A DNA stretch of 63,976 bases, counting the filler, from Octopus bimaculoides (lineage: Eukaryota), in assembly GCF_001194135.2 (NCBI RefSeq). It is 8 parts of 7 records of this genome, joined end to end, with 100 filler letters (N's around TTAATTAATTAA, not from the genome) between each part and the next. Parts side by side here need not be neighbours in the genome. Positions count along the whole stretch, not along the records: positions 60,373 to 61,782 come from NC_068981.1; positions 61,883 to 63,976 come from NW_026393735.1; 6 more parts are not named here. The stretch is one strand, 5' to 3'. Shown here in pieces: positions 60,726 to 63,976 of the stretch. The notes below the pieces were generated by a model. It was not told the DNA's origin and did no database searches. It saw only the letters and a program-made list of their open reading frames with translations. The translations under genes were made by a program, and so were the position numbers. Position 1 is the stretch's first letter. The number at the start of each line of letters is the position of its first letter.

Positions 60726-61569
60726 CTAACATATAAATATTATAAAGGGGGACAAATATATCCAATCTCTCCAAATACCAAATTTCCGCTTTGAGTGTTT
60801 TAACTTGAGTCTTGGCCTTCGGTTATGATGTCCCATCGTACAGTTCTGTCCAATTATTTTAAATTAAATACACTTTGCCTGTAATGAAATTCGAGATTAT
60901 TCTATAAAAGGGTTGCGACTAAACATCAATCATTTTGTTTTTAGCTCTACCAGTTCTGTCGATCCACGTAATGTTTACAATTCGCCATCTTGTTTGTTTT
61001 CCCCAATTCACCCCGTCTTTAACCAACCGCCGCTACTTTATGAATCCACATCCTTTTACCAACCACCGCCTATTGTCAACCAATCATGTCAATTAATCAT
61101 GTATTTTTAAATAGATGTAATTTCCGTTTGGATGCAGGAACCATACTTTTAAAGAACTCGAAAAGTAGCGTCAAATTAAGAACCGAAACTCTGATTGAAC
61201 AGCTGCTGCTAGTGTGTATTATTAAACACTGCTGTTGTGAAAAGCTTGTTTATTTAACATTCTTTTCATAAAAGTGTTTTGAGAACTATGGTCTCGATAC
61301 TTACAGGTTTCAAATGGCTAATCACAGGTAGACTAAAATTACAATGGTAATAGTGTCACGGCAGCATTTACGAATCTGTGGCGAAGCAAATATCATAAAG
61401 GTCATCACTAGAATTCATCTATTCATCAGCTTAGTCGGCCTTCTCAATATTTTCTGCTGATATAAATAACCGAAAGATGCACCTCCCCCGCACCTCCCTC
61501 ACGCATGCTTACATATGTATGCGTGTGTGTGTATATATATAAATACATGGATGTATGTATGCATTTGTG

Positions 61570-61737
61570 TGTCTGTGTTTGTCCCCTCACCACCATTTGA
61601 CAAGCGATGTCGGTGTGTTTACGTCTCCGTAACTTAGCGGCTCGGCAAAGAGTAAGTCCTGGGGTTGATTTGTTCGACTAAAGGCGGTGCTCCACCATGG
61701 CTGCAGTCAAATGACTGAGACAAGTGAAAGAATAGAG

Positions 61738-61738
<1 letters not shown>
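61570..61738 (+). mobile_element. 3' part of SINE family B
   Basis: GTGTTTACGTCTCCGTAACTTAGCGG..AAGGCGGTGCTCCACCATGGCTGCAGTCAAATGACTGAG. Confidence 0.75.
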
Positions 61739-61782
<44 letters not shown>

Positions 61783-63003
61783 NNNNNNNNNNNNNNNNNN
61801 NNNNNNNNNNNNNNNNNNNNNNNNNNTTAATTAATTAANNNNNNNNNNNNNNNNNNNNNNNNNNNNNNNNNNNNNNNNNNNNACACACACACGCTCAAAC
61901 AAACATTCACAAATACATACATGCAGACATTCGCACATGTACACCTACACAAAGAAATAACCACATACAACCACAACTACACACATATAATGAAACACAT
62001 GCACATATACACTCATCAAACTCATTCTCACTTACATGAATGCATACGTACGTAGTAAAACACAAACACCAAGTGAGTATACACATACTCACACAAGCAC
62101 ACATAAACAAATATAAACATTAAACACATACACAAACATATAATCACACAAGTACTCACATAAGTGAAAATACTGACATACACANNNNNNNNNNNNNNNN
62201 NNNNNNNNNNNNNNNNNNNNNNNNNNNNNNNNNNNNNNNNNNNNNNNNNNNNNNNNNNNNNNNNNNNNNNNNNNNNNNNNNNNNNNNNNNNNNNNNNNNN
62301 NNNNNNNNNNNNNNNNNNNNNNNNNNNNNNNNNNNNNNNNNNNNNNNNNNNNNNNNNNNNNNNNNNNNNNNNNNNNNNNNNNNNNNNNNNNNNNNNNNNN
62401 NNNNNNNNNNNNNNNNNNNNNNNNNNNNNNNNNNNNNNNNNNNNNNNNNNNNNNNNNNNNNNNNNNNNNNNNNNNNNNNNNNNNNNNNNNNNNNNNNNNN
62501 NNNNNNNNNNNNNNNNNNNNNNNNNNNNNNNNNNNNNNNNNNNNNNNNNNNNNNNNNNNNNNNNNNNNNNNNNNNNNNNNNNNNNNNNNNNNNNNNNNNN
62601 NNNNNNNNNNNNNNNNNNNNNNNNNNNNNNNNNNNNNNNNNNNNNNNNNNNNNNNNNNNNNNNNNNNNNNNNNNNNNNNNNNNNNNNNNNNNNNNNNNNN
62701 NNNNNNNNNNNNNNNNNNNNNNNNNNNNNNNNNNNNNNNNNNNNNNNNNNNNNNNNNNNNNNNNNNNNNNNNNNNNNNNNNNNNNNNNNNNNNNNNNNNN
62801 NNNNNNNNNNNNNNNNNNNNNNNNNNNNNNNNNNNNNNNNNNNNNNNNNNNNNNNNNNNNNNNNNNNNNNNNNNNNNNNNNNNNNNNNNNNNNNNNNNNN
62901 NNNNNNNNNNNNNNNNNNNNNNNNNNNNNNNNNNNNNNNNNNNNNNNNNNNNNNNNNNNNNNNNNNNNNNNNNNNNNNNNNNNNNNNNNNNNNNNNNNNN
63001 NNN

Positions 63004-63494
63004 CATCTTCATCGTCATCATCACTAATGCCATCACCCTCGCAACCACCACCCCTACAACCATCACTATCATCATCATCATCATCATCATCATGCATGGT
63101 CGTCGTTATCATCATCTTCAGCATCATCACCGTCATTTTCCTCATCATCACCGTAGATTATCAGCTTCACTTGCTATCATCAATATCTCCATCATCATCA
63201 TCATCAACATCATCATCACCATCGTCATTGCCTATATTATCAGTATCACTTGATATCATCAACATCTCCTTCATCATCATCATCATCAGCATCATCATCA
63301 ACATCAACATCATTGCCATTCATGTTTCTAAGATCATCATCACCATCATCATGCTCGTCATTATCACTCATTCACATTATTATCACTCATTCTCATGAAT
63401 CACAATCAACATCATCTCCATATTCCCCGAGCATCATTACCACAATCAGCAACAGCAGCAGCAGCAGCAGCAGCATAACCATCATTACCACAAC

Positions 63495-63525
<31 letters not shown>

Positions 63526-63610
63526 GCCACCACCATTAACACTATCATTATCTATCATTATCACCATCATAAACATCAACCAAGAAGCAACAATAATTGC
63601 CATCATTATT
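63004..63610. repeat. Degenerate (CAT)n-rich tract
   Basis: Explains the His/Ser/Ile-rich ORFs. Confidence 0.9.
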
Positions 63611-63976
63611 TATAAATTATATTAATGCATTATTTATATTCTTTCGCTGTTTTTATTACTGATTATTATTTCTCTTACAATTCTATGAATAACTGTCCAA
63701 CAACGGCATATAACTATTCTTTGTAATTCTCCCTTCTATTCTACATCAAAACAACCTCAGATCATTTCAAAACTGAACTGTCCCATAATCATTCTTGACT
63801 AGCATCTCTACTTCTGCTTTAACATCCATATTATCGACCATCAACACAAGACAGCTCATGATGATTATTATTATTATCATCATTATTATTATTATTATTG
63901 CCTGGTTCTTATTTTAAGTCTTCATTATAAATATGCAAGCATGCAGGTCTTTTTGTTTGTATGTATATATACATAT

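Noticed and set aside
30036-61882. Recurrent TTAATTAATTAA motif as a biological repeat
   Set aside because: It is always centred in 44N+12+44N gaps, so it is an assembly linker. Adjacency of sequence across these gaps is not guaranteed.
60-63615. Long low-complexity ORFs (poly-N, -I, -L, -P, -H, -S; HT/CV/YI repeats)
   Set aside because: All coincide with microsatellites or N runs, and are open on several frames and both strands.

Overview
AT-rich animal genomic DNA packed with repeats. The SINE families and microsatellite load look like a coleoid cephalopod, probably Octopus (inference). No intact, identifiable protein-coding gene was found, and most listed ORFs are microsatellite or N-gap artefacts. 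The window holds several tRNA-derived SINE families and relics of LINEs (R4/Dong-type RLE, L1/Tx1, RTE, CR1/L2-group). It also holds a decayed CsRn1/Kabuki-type Gypsy element interrupted by an RTE fragment, several mariner derivatives and MITEs, and a 221-bp satellite. Seven 100-bp gaps carry an artificial TTAATTAATTAA linker. The most notable signal is a set of hammerhead ribozyme (HHR) motifs. One has an intact core and sits at the tip of a ~127-bp inverted repeat (38632-38984). A second lies 408 nt upstream. A third, minimal and probably dimer-requiring, is built into a tRNA-headed SINE (33368-33413), with a covarying paralog at 18051. The Gypsy element also carries four tandem PBS-like units. 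All family assignments come from pattern recognition without database searches, and many boundaries are approximate.
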